A stretch of DNA of 64,000 bases from Eledone cirrhosa (taxonomy: Eukaryota). The notes under the pieces are model-generated. The model was not told the DNA's origin, made no database searches, and worked only from the letters and a program-made list of their open reading frames with translations. Made by a program: the position numbers and the translations under genes. The stretch covers positions 124,930,001 to 124,994,000 of the forward strand of contig OZ024740.1 of NCBI GenBank assembly GCA_964016885.1. The letters are read 5' to 3'. Of the stretch, positions 40,013 through 55,036 are shown in pieces (position 1 is the stretch's first letter; each line of letters opens with the position of its first letter).

Positions 40013-40073
40013 TTTGTATCTTTTATCCATATTTTACTTGATATTATTTTTAACTTTTACTCATATTTGTGAG

Positions 40074-40122
<49 letters not shown>

Positions 40123-40509
40123 TACATGTTGTGTATTTGTTGTATTTGTATGTGTGTGTATATTTGGGAGTGTACAAAATTGATATATTAGAGTTATTAG
40201 ATAAAGAAATAAAATATTTTTTTGTAATTTGAATATTGCACTTTCATGTAAATTTAGATATAAATTTAGTTGTTAGTAAAAGGGTAGTCAAAATTGACGA
40301 ACCTTTTAATAACTAAATTTATACCGTAATAAATCAAGTGAATGATAAAAAACACTTGAAATTACAATGTTTTATTATTATATTTTTTAACCAATTGATA
40401 AACAGTGTTTTATTACTTCATCTGTCAATTATACTTTATCACACACACATTTATATATGCTGCTTAGGGTGAAAACAGTAATTTATCACTTAAACTTTTA
40501 ATCTGTTTT

Positions 40510-40609
40510 AATAATAGACATTTGCTCAACAGGTTTATATATACTTTATATATATATTTATATATATATATGAAGTATATATAAACCTGTTGAGCAAATG
40601 TGTATTATT
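40510..40609. repeat. Palindrome, 37-bp arms around a (TA)n spacer
   Basis: aataatagacatttgctcaacaggtttatatatactt / aagtatatataaacctgttgagcaaatgtgtattatt (one mismatch). Confidence 0.95.
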
Positions 40610-40809
40610 TGTTATAGCTCTGGTTCATCTGAACCATTGAGCACTTGCCTCACATCTTGGAGGTTGTTTTTCGTTATTTCGTGGGCCGAAATGCGAATCT
40701 CGATAATTTATGTTTGTTTATATTTATATATATACAGGTTTATATATACTTTATATATATATTATTACTATGATACATATATATATATATGTATATATAT
40801 ATATACTAT

Positions 40810-40872
40810 CCGTCCCACCGTTGCAAGCAGGGAAAAGCAGACGTAAAATGATGATGATGATGATGATGATGA
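40810..40872 (+). mobile_element. Extremely 5'-truncated RTE tail
   Basis: ccgtcccaccgttgcaagcagggaaaagcagacgtaaa(atg)n within (TA)n. Confidence 0.75.
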
Positions 40873-41385
40873 TATATATATATAAACATGTATATATGAA
40901 CATGTATATATATAAACATGTATTTTTTTTGGCGGTAGTCTCCTTCCTCCTATTTTCGAGACAGTGTGAGATTTTCTTTAGAACTGCTGGACTAACAACC
41001 TAGCAGCTCCCTCAAGTACTGATGGTGATTATCGCTAAATATTGATGTTGATTTGGTTATCAATATTAATATTATTGGGCACCCATTGAAGAATTATAAG
41101 AGCCCACTTGTACAAGTATCTGTTGATCTTATACAAGCTTCTACATAATATGGTATAATTTTACCCAACTTGTAGAAATCTTATAATGAAATGAGTCGTC
41201 TGGGAAGTGATATATTTGATATATCTCATATGAAATGATACAGCCAATTCTCCACACAATACAATATAGTTAGCACCCCGAACGTTTAATTAAGAATATA
41301 CTCAGATATTTCCTAATGTTTGTTGAGTGAGTTGGAATTTAGCTGGAGTATCGCTATTAGCTTTCTCCGTTTATGTATTTATATT

Positions 41386-41421
<36 letters not shown>

Positions 41422-41934
41422 CAAAACCATTATTATCATTTACCTTCTGCTTTTTACTGCTAGCATGGATTGAATTGATCACCAATGCCTATGTAAGGGC
41501 TTAATTTAAAATACTGGCCAATCATATGGGGTGGGATTGTATTTAGTTTACATTTGTTGGTCATTTTGGTGCCACAAGAAAAAGCACTCAGTCCATACTG
41601 TAATGTAGCTGGTGTCAGAAAAAGCATTCAGTCATAGAAACCAAAATTTATATTTATATTTATATTTGTAGGCTGGTGTGCAAATGCATACACGTGTCTA
41701 TATACACACACACACACATATTTATCAATATATATGTGTGTCCACGATTCCAGTTATGTATGCCTTTGCAAGTATGTGGTGTTAATGTGTGTATCATTCT
41801 TACATTTAAATCAGCATGTGTTCATACATTTGTGAGTGTGTATGTAACCAGACTTTCTGCTTATGCATTATGCATACTATGTTCATAATCTATTGTATAA
41901 GTAAGTGTTCACATTGATGTACTGATATCATAGA

Positions 41935-42680
41935 ATCATCATCATCATCATCATGTTTTAATACCCATTTTTCTTGCTAACATGGTTAGAATGGGTTGGT
42001 ACAAGGCAAGTTAATACCTAGTCAGATGCCGATCCTGTCACCAACTACTTTAACAGAGTGCACAGGATGTGTTCATCATGTAGATCCCCAATACAAGAGA
42101 GATTGTTATAATTATGAAACTAATTAAAATTATTTGCTTGGCAACTGCATTGCAATGTGTATTAGGCACGTTTATTGTGTACATCAACGATACGTGAAAG
42201 GTTGTAGTCCCCCTGGCACAAATGAAGTATTTTCTTGCCTCTTTTGGCTTAGATTCTACAGTGGGGTGCCCTTCTTATCATCAACCACTTTCCAAGGTGT
42301 ACTGGGTGCATTTATCATGGCACCATCACTAGAGGCATTGTTGTTATTGACTCAATTGAAGAGTCCTCTCTACCCTACAGTTGGGTATGGGTTATTGCTA
42401 AGTGTAGAGGGATTTGAGAGTGTGTGGGGTGGTAAATGGATAAGGAGTCCCATGTCTCATTGCGATATAACATGGTAGTTCACATGCAGGTAACATACAG
42501 TCTTCTCTTCATGTTGAGAGAGAAACCTTTTGATGTTAACAGAGGTAGCAACTCCATAAACCTCTTTCAGCTTGTTCTCCTTTCTAGCAAAGATATATAC
42601 TTGTTTCACCCACTTCCAATGACTCCCCCACCCCCCACCAATAGAATAGAGTTAGCATTTCAGTCAAGTTAATGACCGAC
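41935..42680 (-). mobile_element. Degenerate RTE 3' UTR repeats and ORF piece
   Basis: (CAT)n at ~41935; rc LPLLTSKGFSLNMKRRLYVTCM at ~42480-42550. Confidence 0.65.
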
Positions 42681-42689
42681 AACCTTTCA

Positions 42690-43262
42690 AATGCTGGTAC
42701 CTTGAAAAACGCACCTAGTACATCCTGTAAGGTGGTTTGTGATAGGAAAGGCATGTGGTTGTAGATACCATGCAAAAAAAAGAGGCAAGAGGACTCTTCA
42801 GTTGTGTTAAGAGCATAACAAACTCTAGTGCTGTTGACATGAAAAACATACCCAGTAAAATCTGTAAAGTTGTCATTGATAGGGAAAACATTCAGCCATA
42901 GAAAACTTCACAAAGAAAGGGTTCATGGAACTCTTTAGTTGTGTCCAGGATTTCACAACCTCTCTAGTGTTGGTGACATAATAATATGCACCAAACACAT
43001 ACAGTGAAATGATTTCTGATAGAAAAAGCATCCAGCTAGGGTAAACTTGCTAAACAAATGGTTTCAAGTATCCTTCAATTGTGTCAAAAACTTGATATCC
43101 CCCTCAAGTGCTAGCACCATGATAAAATGCATCCTGTAATGTGCAAAAACCTATATATAGTAAATGGCTCTGACTAAGACCTGACATGGTCTCTGAAGAC
43201 ATGTTGTAAACTTTGCTAGGAAGGAAAATGGGCTTTAAATGATGATGATGATGATGATGAAG
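42690..43262 (+). repeat. Degenerate tandem array, ~139-bp unit x3.3, derived from RTE 3' UTR, ending in (GAT)n
   Basis: (a)gtg(c/t)tg..ac anchors at ~42692, 42827, 42966 and 43107; the three full units carry gatag(g/a)aa..cat.cag-like and gttgtgt-like blocks. Confidence 0.75.
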
Positions 43263-43739
43263 ACGACGACAATTTATAATGTATGGCTGTATAAATAGGA
43301 AGGAAAATGAGAGAGAGAAAACATGGGGAGGGGGGAGTGAATGAAAGCGAACAATGCAATCATTAGGTTGCCTGCCGCTTGTAATGAAATTTGCAATACA
43401 TTTGTTGACAGCAATTAGAATTAATAAGTTGGAAGTATTTGAAAATGAAAACATAATAATAATAATAATAATAAGTGAAATAAATATTAACGAAAAAGCT
43501 AAATCTATACATTTAACATATTGTCAATGTCCTGTCACATTTTGATAACTTGGAAAACAAATTTGTATTTTAAAATAGTCAAATCCTTTGCTTTTGCTAT
43601 TAACCTTTTCACAGAATTTCCTATCTTTTTATATAGCTCCTATTTCATCAATTAGAAGAAGATTGTCATTCTGATGAAATTAATTGATTTCAGACGTCTT
43701 TCTTTTACACATTCTCTTCATCAATTTTCAGAGGCTACT

Positions 43740-45221
<1,482 letters not shown>

Positions 45222-45222
45222 T

Positions 45223-45223
45223 G

Positions 45224-45278
<55 letters not shown>

Positions 45279-45315
45279 GTATATATGTATATATATATGT
45301 ATATATATATATATG

Positions 45316-45394
<79 letters not shown>

Positions 45395-45477
45395 GTATAT
45401 ATATGTATATATATATATATGTATATATATATATACATATGTATATATATATATATATGTATATGTAATGATATATG

Positions 45478-45512
<35 letters not shown>

Positions 45513-45556
45513 GTATATGCATATATATATATGTATATATATATATATGTATATGC

Positions 45557-45627
<71 letters not shown>

Positions 45628-45697
45628 GTATATATATATATATATATGTATATGTATATATATATGTATATATATATATATATATATGGATATATAT
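45223..45697. repeat. Interrupted (TA)n microsatellite
   Basis: Directly visible. Confidence 0.98.
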
Positions 45698-45889
45698 TGG
45701 GACTTGACACCTTCTTCCTCACTTCTCGTTGCTTCACCATTTTTGTTTGTTTACACTGGTGTCCCCTTTATTTACGTGTCCCAACGACTTTTTTTAGCCG
45801 TTGCTCGCACCAACAGGAGGTATATGGTCTTTAAAGCGATGAAATACCAATGATGGTTGGAAGATCACTGATGAAGGACTAACTTTATT

Positions 45890-45890
45890 C

Positions 45891-45922
<32 letters not shown>

Positions 45923-45999
45923 GTATATGTATATATATGTGTATATATATATATATGTATATATATATATGTGTATATATATATGTATATATATATATG

Positions 46000-46030
<31 letters not shown>

Positions 46031-46035
46031 GTATA

Positions 46036-46085
<50 letters not shown>

Positions 46086-46192
46086 GTATATATATATATA
46101 TGTATATATATATGTATATATATACATATATATGTATATATATATATATATGTATACATATATATATATATATTGATATATATATATATATT
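45890..46192. repeat. Interrupted (TA)n microsatellite
   Basis: Directly visible. Confidence 0.98.
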
Positions 46193-47504
46193 GATAACCA
46201 CTAAATCACCATTGTAATCATTGGCTGTAAATCACTTTTATTTATTTCTTTGACTTTTAAAATGTAAAAATGGTGGTTTTCTTGTCAAAATTTTTATTAT
46301 TATTATATTTGTTGTTGTTATTATTGTTTTGTTTAATTTTTGCTGCATATTTTTGTTTGTTCTTTAAACTTTTTATTGCTCTTTGCAATTATGGTGGGTG
46401 TTTGAATTTCAGAACTACTTAAATTAAGAAATATAATCAGTGAAAACAACCAAACTATTTATGACGCAAAGAAAATTGTATAATTGTTTTGTGTGTGGGG
46501 GGGGGGGGGGGGGGTCATTGTCTTCGTTATTATTTGGCAAGAGAAAATGTTAAAAATACCCAGAACAAATACGTTTATAGTTTTACCTTAAATATATTTA
46601 TTGTCCCGTTGTGAATGTCATTGTTGACATCTGTTTCAATTATTGGTTGAAATTGGCACTCTGTTTGCTATTGCATGTAGGAAGACAAAAACATTTTAAT
46701 ATTTAGTGAAGATGTATTATATTTTTTTTTAAATTTTACTGTTTATTATACTCTTTTTAAAAATAACTTTGGTATGCTGGCATTGTTTTTATAATGTTTA
46801 TTCTTGTGTTTTATGAATATAGATATTTTTATATTGTTATTACAATTAAGAAATTGGGCAGTTCAGATGAATACCCTTCTAATCACAAGTTAATGCACGT
46901 AACAGTGACAACGAATTACATAACCAACTAGGTTGCTAGAGCACTCACAAAGATCGCATGTTCAAGACGTCTATTTGGTTAATACCTCTCTACTGATGGT
47001 GCTACAATAAAATACATGGCACACCCGTAAAATGCAGTTAATTGTTCTGATCAAGTACTGACTTCGTCTGTGATGATACATGCAATACTATCAGGGAAAA
47101 TTGATTTTAAATGATAATTATGATGACGATGACAATGATATATATGTAGTATAATTAAAGTTTCATATTTAATTTTAGTCATACTGAATAAGCTCTCTTG
47201 CAGAAAATTGAGCATAGTTTTCTTTGACCTTTTATCTACAGATATCCTGCACACACACACACACATACACATGCTAAGTTTAAGCAAAGGAACTATGCTT
47301 TCACCCTTATAGGGATCTTTAAAATCTATAGATACCAATATAATAATTTCAAAATATTACAGAAAAATTTAAATAATTCTAACTGATAACAGAATTCATA
47401 AATAAAATAAAGTGGCACGAATGAAATATGTTGAATGTAAGCATAGTGATATATAGATAGTATGAAAGTATTACAATTGGTGAAATGAAAGGAAGGCAAA
47501 GAAT

Positions 47505-48312
47505 TATTTGTGCACACTGCCGACTATCATCCTGTTACATTCACTTCCAAATTCTCAAACCTAATGGAGCAAAAACTTTCTCCAACAGCTTACTTTTCTC
47601 TCCTTCTTTCATGGCCACTAGGATTTTTTCATAAAACTAGTTCTACTGCAAATCTATTCCCCTATGTAACCCACCTCACATATCAAAGCATTCAACTGTT
47701 TCTGGCATGCTATTCTACTGGCAATGTATACATACCTATGATTTCCATTTCTTTATCAATGGTTCTCTGTCAGATCATATTATCGGGATATGTGCTAATA
47801 AAGCTCTCTTCTCTCACATACTATCATCTCTGATGCGTCCCGGGATTGAGTTTTTCTACAGACGTTTTTTCTCCTATATATCAACAATTTATTTTTCATT
47901 ACTTCCAACACTGCCAACTTTTATACATACGTGTTACCACATTCTATTCTACTCCAACCTTACACCCTCATGCATCATCCATATGTAACCTAGACATGGA
48001 CACAAAATCTTCCTTGTCTTTAAGAACAGAAAGCTAGAAAAGCTTCAGTTGGGTCATGCCAATCTTGTCTCTTTCAGCAATACTAATAAACTATCAATAC
48101 ACATATACAGCACAAAATAATACACTGATAGCCCTAAACAGGGAGAACATTGAAACAGAAAATTGAAATTCACTTTAAATGTGAGGCAACATCATTACTG
48201 AGAATCTGCCTGGAAGAATATATATTTTGAATATAGTCAAAACTGCATCATAAAGACTAGCTTAGCTATTCAGAGCCAGAAAATACTTCAGCCCCCAACA
48301 AATAGAATATTG
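47505..48312 (+). mobile_element. Highly decayed non-LTR (Jockey/CR1-group) RT fragments
   Basis: ADYHPVTFTSKFSNLME (YRPISLTS-like) and LFRARKYFSPQQ peptides. Confidence 0.55.
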
Positions 48313-48324
48313 TCCAGAAAATCA

Positions 48325-49213
48325 CGTCTGTCATCTATGTACAGAACCAGAGAATTCCTTCCAAAATCGATGGGTTGAATGTGGTAAATGTTGTGTTTCT
48401 GTTTGCCTTCAATGTGCCACAAACTTTCGGAAGATCCCAGGTCAGAAAAGAGACACCATACTTCTATGATGGATGGGCTCTGGGAAATGGTCCAGCTACC
48501 AAATTGGTCCTTTCAGTTCCTGGCTTGTGTGTCTGCCTCTACCATTGCTGTTGAACAACAACAACAAAAACTGAAGATCGTGTCTTCCTCTACCATTGTT
48601 CCTGAACAACAGCAAAAGCCAATGACCGTAGCTTCCGCTACAACTACTGTTGAAGGACTTAATCAATAACAGCAACCCATGTCTTCCTCCCCCGTTACTT
48701 TTCAACAACAACAACCAACGACTGTCTCTTCCCCTACCATGCCTGTTGAAGAAGAAGAAGAACAACAAAAATCGACCTTCAATATGGAGTTTGCGGAAAT
48801 ACGGCCAATGATTTCTGCTTTAAGCCGAGAAATAGCAGGAATCAAATCAAGTGTTCGTGTAGAACCTCACAATGAGGGATCTTACCGGAGTGCCTTGTTA
48901 AAAATTATCTGTGTACCTCTTGCAAAATCTAAATGCATTGAGAATGCCACTGAATCTGTAAACCACAAAGTGATTGCCATTGGTGTACCAGACGACATAG
49001 TTGATCTTCAGACATCATTTGGTGCCAGTTCATCCAAAGACTTGGGCTATCCTCACCCGAAAGTTGTTCTACACCTTGGCCGACCAGGTCCCAAACCCAG
49101 GCTAATTAGACTATCTTTTTCAAACTCAACGTGGGCATATTCATATCTTTTAGCCTCTGATAAAACTAGGCTTGAATGACGGATTGCCTTCCAAAGATGC
49201 CCTGGTCTGTGAG
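48325..49213 (+). mobile_element. CR1-group LINE ORF1 remnant with PHD-like finger and S/T/Q repeats
   Basis: VCHLC...RWVECGKCCVSVCLQC, after a frameshift WSFQFLAC; C-terminal LGRPGPKPRLIRLSF; lies upstream of CR1-type RT. Confidence 0.6.
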
Positions 49214-49450
49214 TGACAGCTCACACCTATGCAGGTTTAGCTGGCCTCCTCCAAGGTATATCTTATTGGAGGTGTCCTGGGTGATTTAATGATAGGGACC
49301 CAGTCCTATCATCTCATTTCTACAGCTGAATAAACTGCAGCAACGTGAAATAAAGTGTTTTGCTCAAGGAAACAACACATCACCCGGTCCAAGAATTGAA
49401 CTCACAACCTTTCGATTGCAAGCCCAATGCTCTAATCACTAAGCCATACG
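49214..49450 (-). mobile_element. SINE family B, near full length
   Basis: rc tggcttagtgattagagc...gagttcaattc...tccttgagcaaaacactttatttcac...ggccagctaaacctgcataggtgtgagctgt. Confidence 0.9.
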
Positions 49451-49454
49451 ACTC

Positions 49455-50425
49455 TGGAGATGTCAACACTGTACTCCAGAACATCCTGAACTCAAAATGG
49501 ATAGCATGTGCAGCATCGATGCCACGTAAGAAGAAAAAACATCCCAAAAGTGCAATTTGGGAGACTGCAGCAGTCTGTCTTGCCAGGAAACAACGTTGTA
49601 ATGCTGAACGTGAGTACAAACTGCATAAATCAGATATCAATAGGAAAAAGTGAAATAAATCATCCAACCATCTCAAACAGGTGACAAAAAAGGCAGTGCA
49701 TAGCACCAACCCTAACAATAAGGTATTCTGGAAGTATGTTCACTCAAAGCAGAGGCCTCACTCTCCAGTGGTCCTCATAAGCCAGGTTACTGACGACCCC
49801 AAGGAATGCGCAGAACTCATTACTGAATGCTATGCAGGCATTTTCACTGTTAAAGACCAGAGTATACCATCTCCACCATCGGATTCTATTATAATTATGG
49901 AATTTACACCTACAATGCTGCGACGTCATCTTAAAAATAAATGCAACCATGCCTCTCCTGGTTTTGATGGTGTTACGTACCTGCTTATCAAACGTGGTAG
50001 GTACTTCTTTATGCACCAGCTATCACTCTTTTTTCAATTCTGTCTGAGAAATAGTGCTACTCCAGAGCAGTCGAAAACTGCCAGTGTCATTCCTCTCTTC
50101 AAAGAGAGTGACCGCACATCAACTGTCAAATATCGTCCAGTCAGTCTTACTAGCTGCATTGCCAAACTGATGGAATCCTGTGTCAGAGAAACATTTAGGA
50201 ACTTTTGGAACTCTCACAATTTTATCCGGTCCTTGCAATTTGGATTTATCCCTAACTCCAGCTGCTGTGATCAACTTATCGAATTTCTTGAAGACATCAC
50301 CCGGATTACTGATGGCGGTTCATAGGTGGATGTTGTTTACCTTGACTTTGCTAAAGCTTTCAATTCTGTGCCACACAAAAGACTTATGGCAAAACTCTAT
50401 GCAATGGGTGTGAAGGATGAAGGAT
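49455..50425 (+). mobile_element. CR1-group LINE ORF2 (linker + N-terminal RT), pseudogenised
   Basis: FWKYV, ASPGFDG, ASVIPLFK, YRPVSLTSCIAKLME, QFGF, stop, then VDVVYLDFAKAFNSVPHKRL. Confidence 0.92.
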
Positions 50426-50429
50426 GATA

Positions 50430-50985
50430 ATTTTTCCTGTAGGACCTTTTTCTTAGTTTTGTTTTACAGTGTAATATTTTATGTCCTAATCTCTCACACA
50501 CGAAGTGCATTAAGTATTTAAATGGACAATCATATCTGAAGTGTAAATCTCCACATCCGAAACATGGTTTAATTTTTTTGTTTTATGTCTTTTTACTTTA
50601 GGTCACACAGACTGTATATGAGAGCAGTCACTCTCTTCACTTCTTTCCATGTCGTGTTTCAGAATTATAATTCTCTGACATTCCTCAAATATTTCCTGTA
50701 ATGGTAAGTTCCAATTCTGTTTTAATTTTGTCAGAATTCTGGTACAAATTTCCGCATCTTTCTTTACATTTAACCTTGCACAAAAATTAAGCATTTCAAC
50801 ATGTCTCGTGTTAATTCATTAAGTCTAAATCTTTGCATTCCTTGCAAACGATCCCAGCATACATGACAACATCTTCGTCCTCTTTGTTTCACCTGATTCA
50901 TACACTGCCAATGAGTGTTGAATAAAAAACTTTTGCCCTAAATTTTTTTGACCAAATATTTACTGTTTCTTCAAAACAGATACCA
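50430..50985 (-). mobile_element. Gypsy gag fragment with two zinc knuckles (frameshifted)
   Basis: rc: FEETV, LFNTHWQC, YAGIV, MLKCLIFVQG, DAEICTRILTKL...EECQRI..LKHD, then CFGCGDLHFRYDCPF...VCERLGHKILHC. Confidence 0.8.
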
Positions 50986-50989
50986 CAGA

Positions 50990-52260
50990 AAAAATGTTAA
51001 AGTTAGTAGTGACAATATTGATGAGTTTAGTGTGGTAGCTGGGGTCCACCAAGTCTCCGTCCAAAGCCTTCTCCTGTTTATTATCATCCCCTTGGCTATA
51101 ACAGAATAGTTTAAAACAGGATCCCCTTGGGAACTCCTGTATGATAATGATCTAACTCTCAAAGCTAAATCAATCACAGCCCTAGAGAAAAAATTCCTAA
51201 GCTGGAAGCAAAAGCTGGAATCAAAAGGTCTTAAAGTCAATTTGGCAAAATCCAAAGTTATAGTTAGTAGTAATGAAAGCAAGTCCCTGATCCCTGCTGG
51301 GAAATGGCCCTGGGTAAACAAGGGATGTAGTGGGATCACAGGTACAAGATGGGTTTAAATTGTGGCTGTTGTACAGGAACAGTGTGTAGCAAACACGCCC
51401 AAAATAAATGCTCTCAAATTATTGGGAGGCTCCATAAAGGCAGTTGACAGCTTCTGTAACCTGGGTAACTAATTTAGCAGTGGAGGTGAGTGTTCCAAAA
51501 TTATAGTAGTCAGTGTGAGAACAGTATGTAAAAAGTTCAGGGAGATACTACAGCTGCTAGTTACAAAATGAGGGTCAGATTATATGATGCATGTATTCAA
51601 ACAGCAATGTTACATGGTAGTGAGGCCGTGGCACTGTGTACAGAGGAACTGTGAAGATTGGAAAGAAATGAAGCCGGAATGCTTCAATTGATGTGTAATA
51701 TATTTGAACAGAAAAACATAACTGAACTGAGAGAGAAACTGAGCATAAGAAGGAACAGATGCATGAGAGTAAATTGCAGTGGTATGGATATGTGATGTGT
51801 ATGACAGATGACAGCCGTATAAATAAGTGCAGGGTGCTGAAATCTGATTAAAGCTATGGAGTAGAAAGACCTAGAAAGACTTGGGATGAGGTGATAAAAG
51901 CTGACCTCGAACAATTACATCTCAAAGGTGATGACACAGGATTGGGATTTCTCGCATTATGAAGTCATACAGAAGATCTGCGTTCCCATGTGCACAGGTT
52001 GGAAAATATATCTAGTATGCATACTCCCCCCCACCTTCTATACACCTCCAACGTCCCTAGATCTACCTCTCCAATCCCCATGCACCTCCCCGTCTCAGTC
52101 CCCCCAGTCCACTCTCTAAATATAGTTGGTATTCGGAAGGGCATCCAGCCATAGAAACCAACTCCAAATCTGTGCAGTATGAGCAAGACATGGTCATCTT
52201 ATCTGGCTTGTCTCACAATGAAACAACTCATATAACCCATGCTAGCATCAAAAATGTACG
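50990..52260 (+). mobile_element. Decayed RTE (RT C-terminal half + 3' UTR)
   Basis: [43 protein letters not shown] peptides and the UTR motif. Confidence 0.9.
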
Positions 52261-52914
52261 AATGTAAAGTGGTTGGTGATAGAAAGGACATCCATTTGTA
52301 GAAAGCTTGTCAAACAAAGGATTGGGAGAACTTTCAGTTGTGTCAAAGACATGGCAACCCCTCTTGTGCTGGTGTCACATTATAGTGCACTTGATAGAAC
52401 ATGTGACAGTATGTAAGTGAGATGCATACCTCAAGCCTGTCTGGGAAGTCAGTAGCCCCACTTCAAGGAAAGTAAACATTAAATGATGATGCTGAAACCA
52501 AAATTAGAAATCAATATATATATAATTAAGATATATGTACCTTGGATATGTGCAGTGTGGCTTTTCGTAGTGTTGTTTCTATTGGATTGAAAGTACTCTT
52601 CATAATATGTGTACAGTGCCTAGTAGTACTATTTTTTGTATGCTGTATATATTTGTAAGTCATGGGGCTTGGGTTATGTATCTGTGTTTTTTATCATCAT
52701 TCACAGAGCACCTACTATTATAGGAATCATTTCTGTTTTTTATCATCCATATTTGGGTTATTTCTATTTGGATAATTTCTCCATATTCTTGGTAGATATA
52801 TTGTCATCTGTGAGGATTGAAACAAATTAAAAGCAATTTTCCCTTTGTGGCCTTTGGGTATAATATCCAGTTGGCTATTATAATTATTATTATTGTTTCT
52901 TAATTCAGCTTCTA

Positions 52915-53320
52915 ACGCTGGAGATGTTGGCAGTATCAGTAGAGGGTTGGGCGGCATTCTTTGCTACATAGGGATATGGACCGTTTCGTTCTGAGTTCCA
53001 ATCCTGCCAAGGTTAACTTTGCTTTCATCCTTACAGGGCCGATAAAATAAAGTACCAGTAATCTACTGGGGTAATTGCTGGCCTTGTGCCAAAAGTAGAA
53101 ACAATTATTATTAGGGCGGTTGTGCAGACAACGTGTTTAGCAGCATAGAGTTGCGGTCCTTTACGTTGTGAGTTCAAATCCCACCAAGGTTACCATTGCC
53201 TTTCATCCTTATGGGGTTGATAAAATAAAGTACCAGTAATGAACTGGATCGATTGAATCAACTTTATCCTCCCCTTCTAATTGATGGCCTTGTGCCTAAA
53301 GTAGAAACAATCATTATTAT
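52915..53320 (+). mobile_element. Two SINE A copies in tandem
   Basis: Two B-box/core blocks, each ending ggccttgtgcc.aaagtagaaacaat(tat)n. Confidence 0.9.
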
Positions 53321-54235
53321 TTTACTCTTTTTTTTTTGTTTTAGAAGATTTCAATATATAAGTGAGGATATCCTTTGAATTTATGTTATAAAACAGTTTT
53401 ATATCTACCAAATATAAACCATTCCAGTACAGGTTCATGATAAACAAATACAAAGTTTTAAATTTATTATTTTTTTAAATAAAAAGAGAAAGATGCTCAT
53501 ACAAAAAATGTTTGTAGAAACTCGCTAAAAACACCTAAACTGAAATATTGCACGTATTATATATTCACCCTCATTCTGTTTGCATTGGAAATAAAATAAA
53601 TTAAAAAAATAGTAAGACAATTCTAATCTGAATTGTATTAGATTACACAAAGAAATAAAGCAAGCCACATCCATAGCCTGTCCAACAAACAGACAGAAGA
53701 AACAAGCAATACCATCAATAAGCTATCAGTCATTTAGGTAAGATGAAGAAGAGGTTTTCAATTATTTTAAATATAAAACCCCCTTAAGGCAGTGCAGTTC
53801 CATAGAGCTGAACCATATTAATTTAACGCTACACTACGCAACACTGCAGATTCACTCAAACTGTCTCAGAAATAATTGATAAGACAATTTCATGCTTTCT
53901 CTTCTGTGTGGAGAATTGGTAGGAACCTAAATTTACACACACACACATAAAAATATTTACATGCATACCTGTATGTTACATACATATCTATATATAAAAG
54001 CACGCATCTATAGGTCCATACATTTGCATACAAAGGTATATGCCCATATATAAACTCAAATAGACATATGCATACTTGTGAATCTCCATTCTTTTCATAT
54101 ACACATATGTATGGCATTATATATATATATATAAACAAAAAAGGAGAGAGAGAGAAAGAGAGAGAACAATACACACTCACATGTACATACATATATCATC
54201 ATCGCTTTTACATCCGCTTTTCCACGCTTGCTCAC

Positions 54236-54680
54236 GGTGGTTAAGGATTTCGAAGTTGATGTCATCCTCAATGCTCATAAGTCGGTGATTAATTTCGACG
54301 ACTCTATTTGGATAAAAAAATCTAATAGTACCCCATTCGATGTTAGTATGGGTGCCAGTGATTCCGCGGAGGTTACTGATCTTATCGGCCTTTTCCGTTT
54401 TTCCTCTATCAAGGAAGAATTGTCCATTGTGGGTGGTGGTTTGTACCGTGATGACGGTCTTTTGACCATGACAAAGTGCGGCCCACACGCTTGCTAGAGG
54501 CTAGATCGTATAACGGAAATAAAAGACTATGCGATTTTTGCGCCGCTGAAGCCCTGGAAATACTCTACGCCAAGAACCACATCTTAAACGAAACATCTGA
54601 GGCAATTTCGGCTTGTAAACATAAATTGCATAAAACTCTCCTGTATTACAGCCCCACATTATACCCTAACAGATAGTACG
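54236..54680 (+). mobile_element. Penelope-like element (Naiad-like) with internal deletion: RT core joined to endonuclease C-terminus
   Basis: WIKK...FDVSMGASDSAEVTDLIGL...GGLYRDDGL followed closely by YNGNKRLCDFCAAE...LNETSEAISACKH. Confidence 0.8.
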
Positions 54681-55036
54681 AACAATACGCGGATAATTTA
54701 CGTCTTGATGTGGTAGCTAAGTATATTTTATGTTTATACCATTACTTATTTGTATAGGTAAGTATACATTACCCATATGTTTTGTGAAGGTACGTATACT
54801 TTCTCGTACGTATATTTGTTATAAGTGTATATATTACATTATATCTACTGGTACATGTGTATATAGTTATGTGTATTTTTTGTTTGTGTGTGTATGCGGG
54901 TTTGCACGTATGTAAGGTGTATATATGTGTACTGTGTTTTGGTTGATGTACGTTTAGCGAACATATGTGTATTTACCTGTAGGAATGTGTGTGCGTGCGT
55001 TATATACGTATTTATGTGTGTATATTTATATACGTT

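Noticed and set aside
42690-43140. CRISPR-like array
   Set aside because: Eukaryotic context, degenerate full-length units without unique spacers, no cas genes.
43660-43710. Hammerhead at ctgatgaaattaattgatttcagacgtc
   Set aside because: No GAAA core and no adjacent stem I; at best a relic.
50603-50900. Host exon or piggyBac Cys-rich domain
   Set aside because: Frameshift-aware translation gives a continuous Gypsy gag with zinc knuckles.
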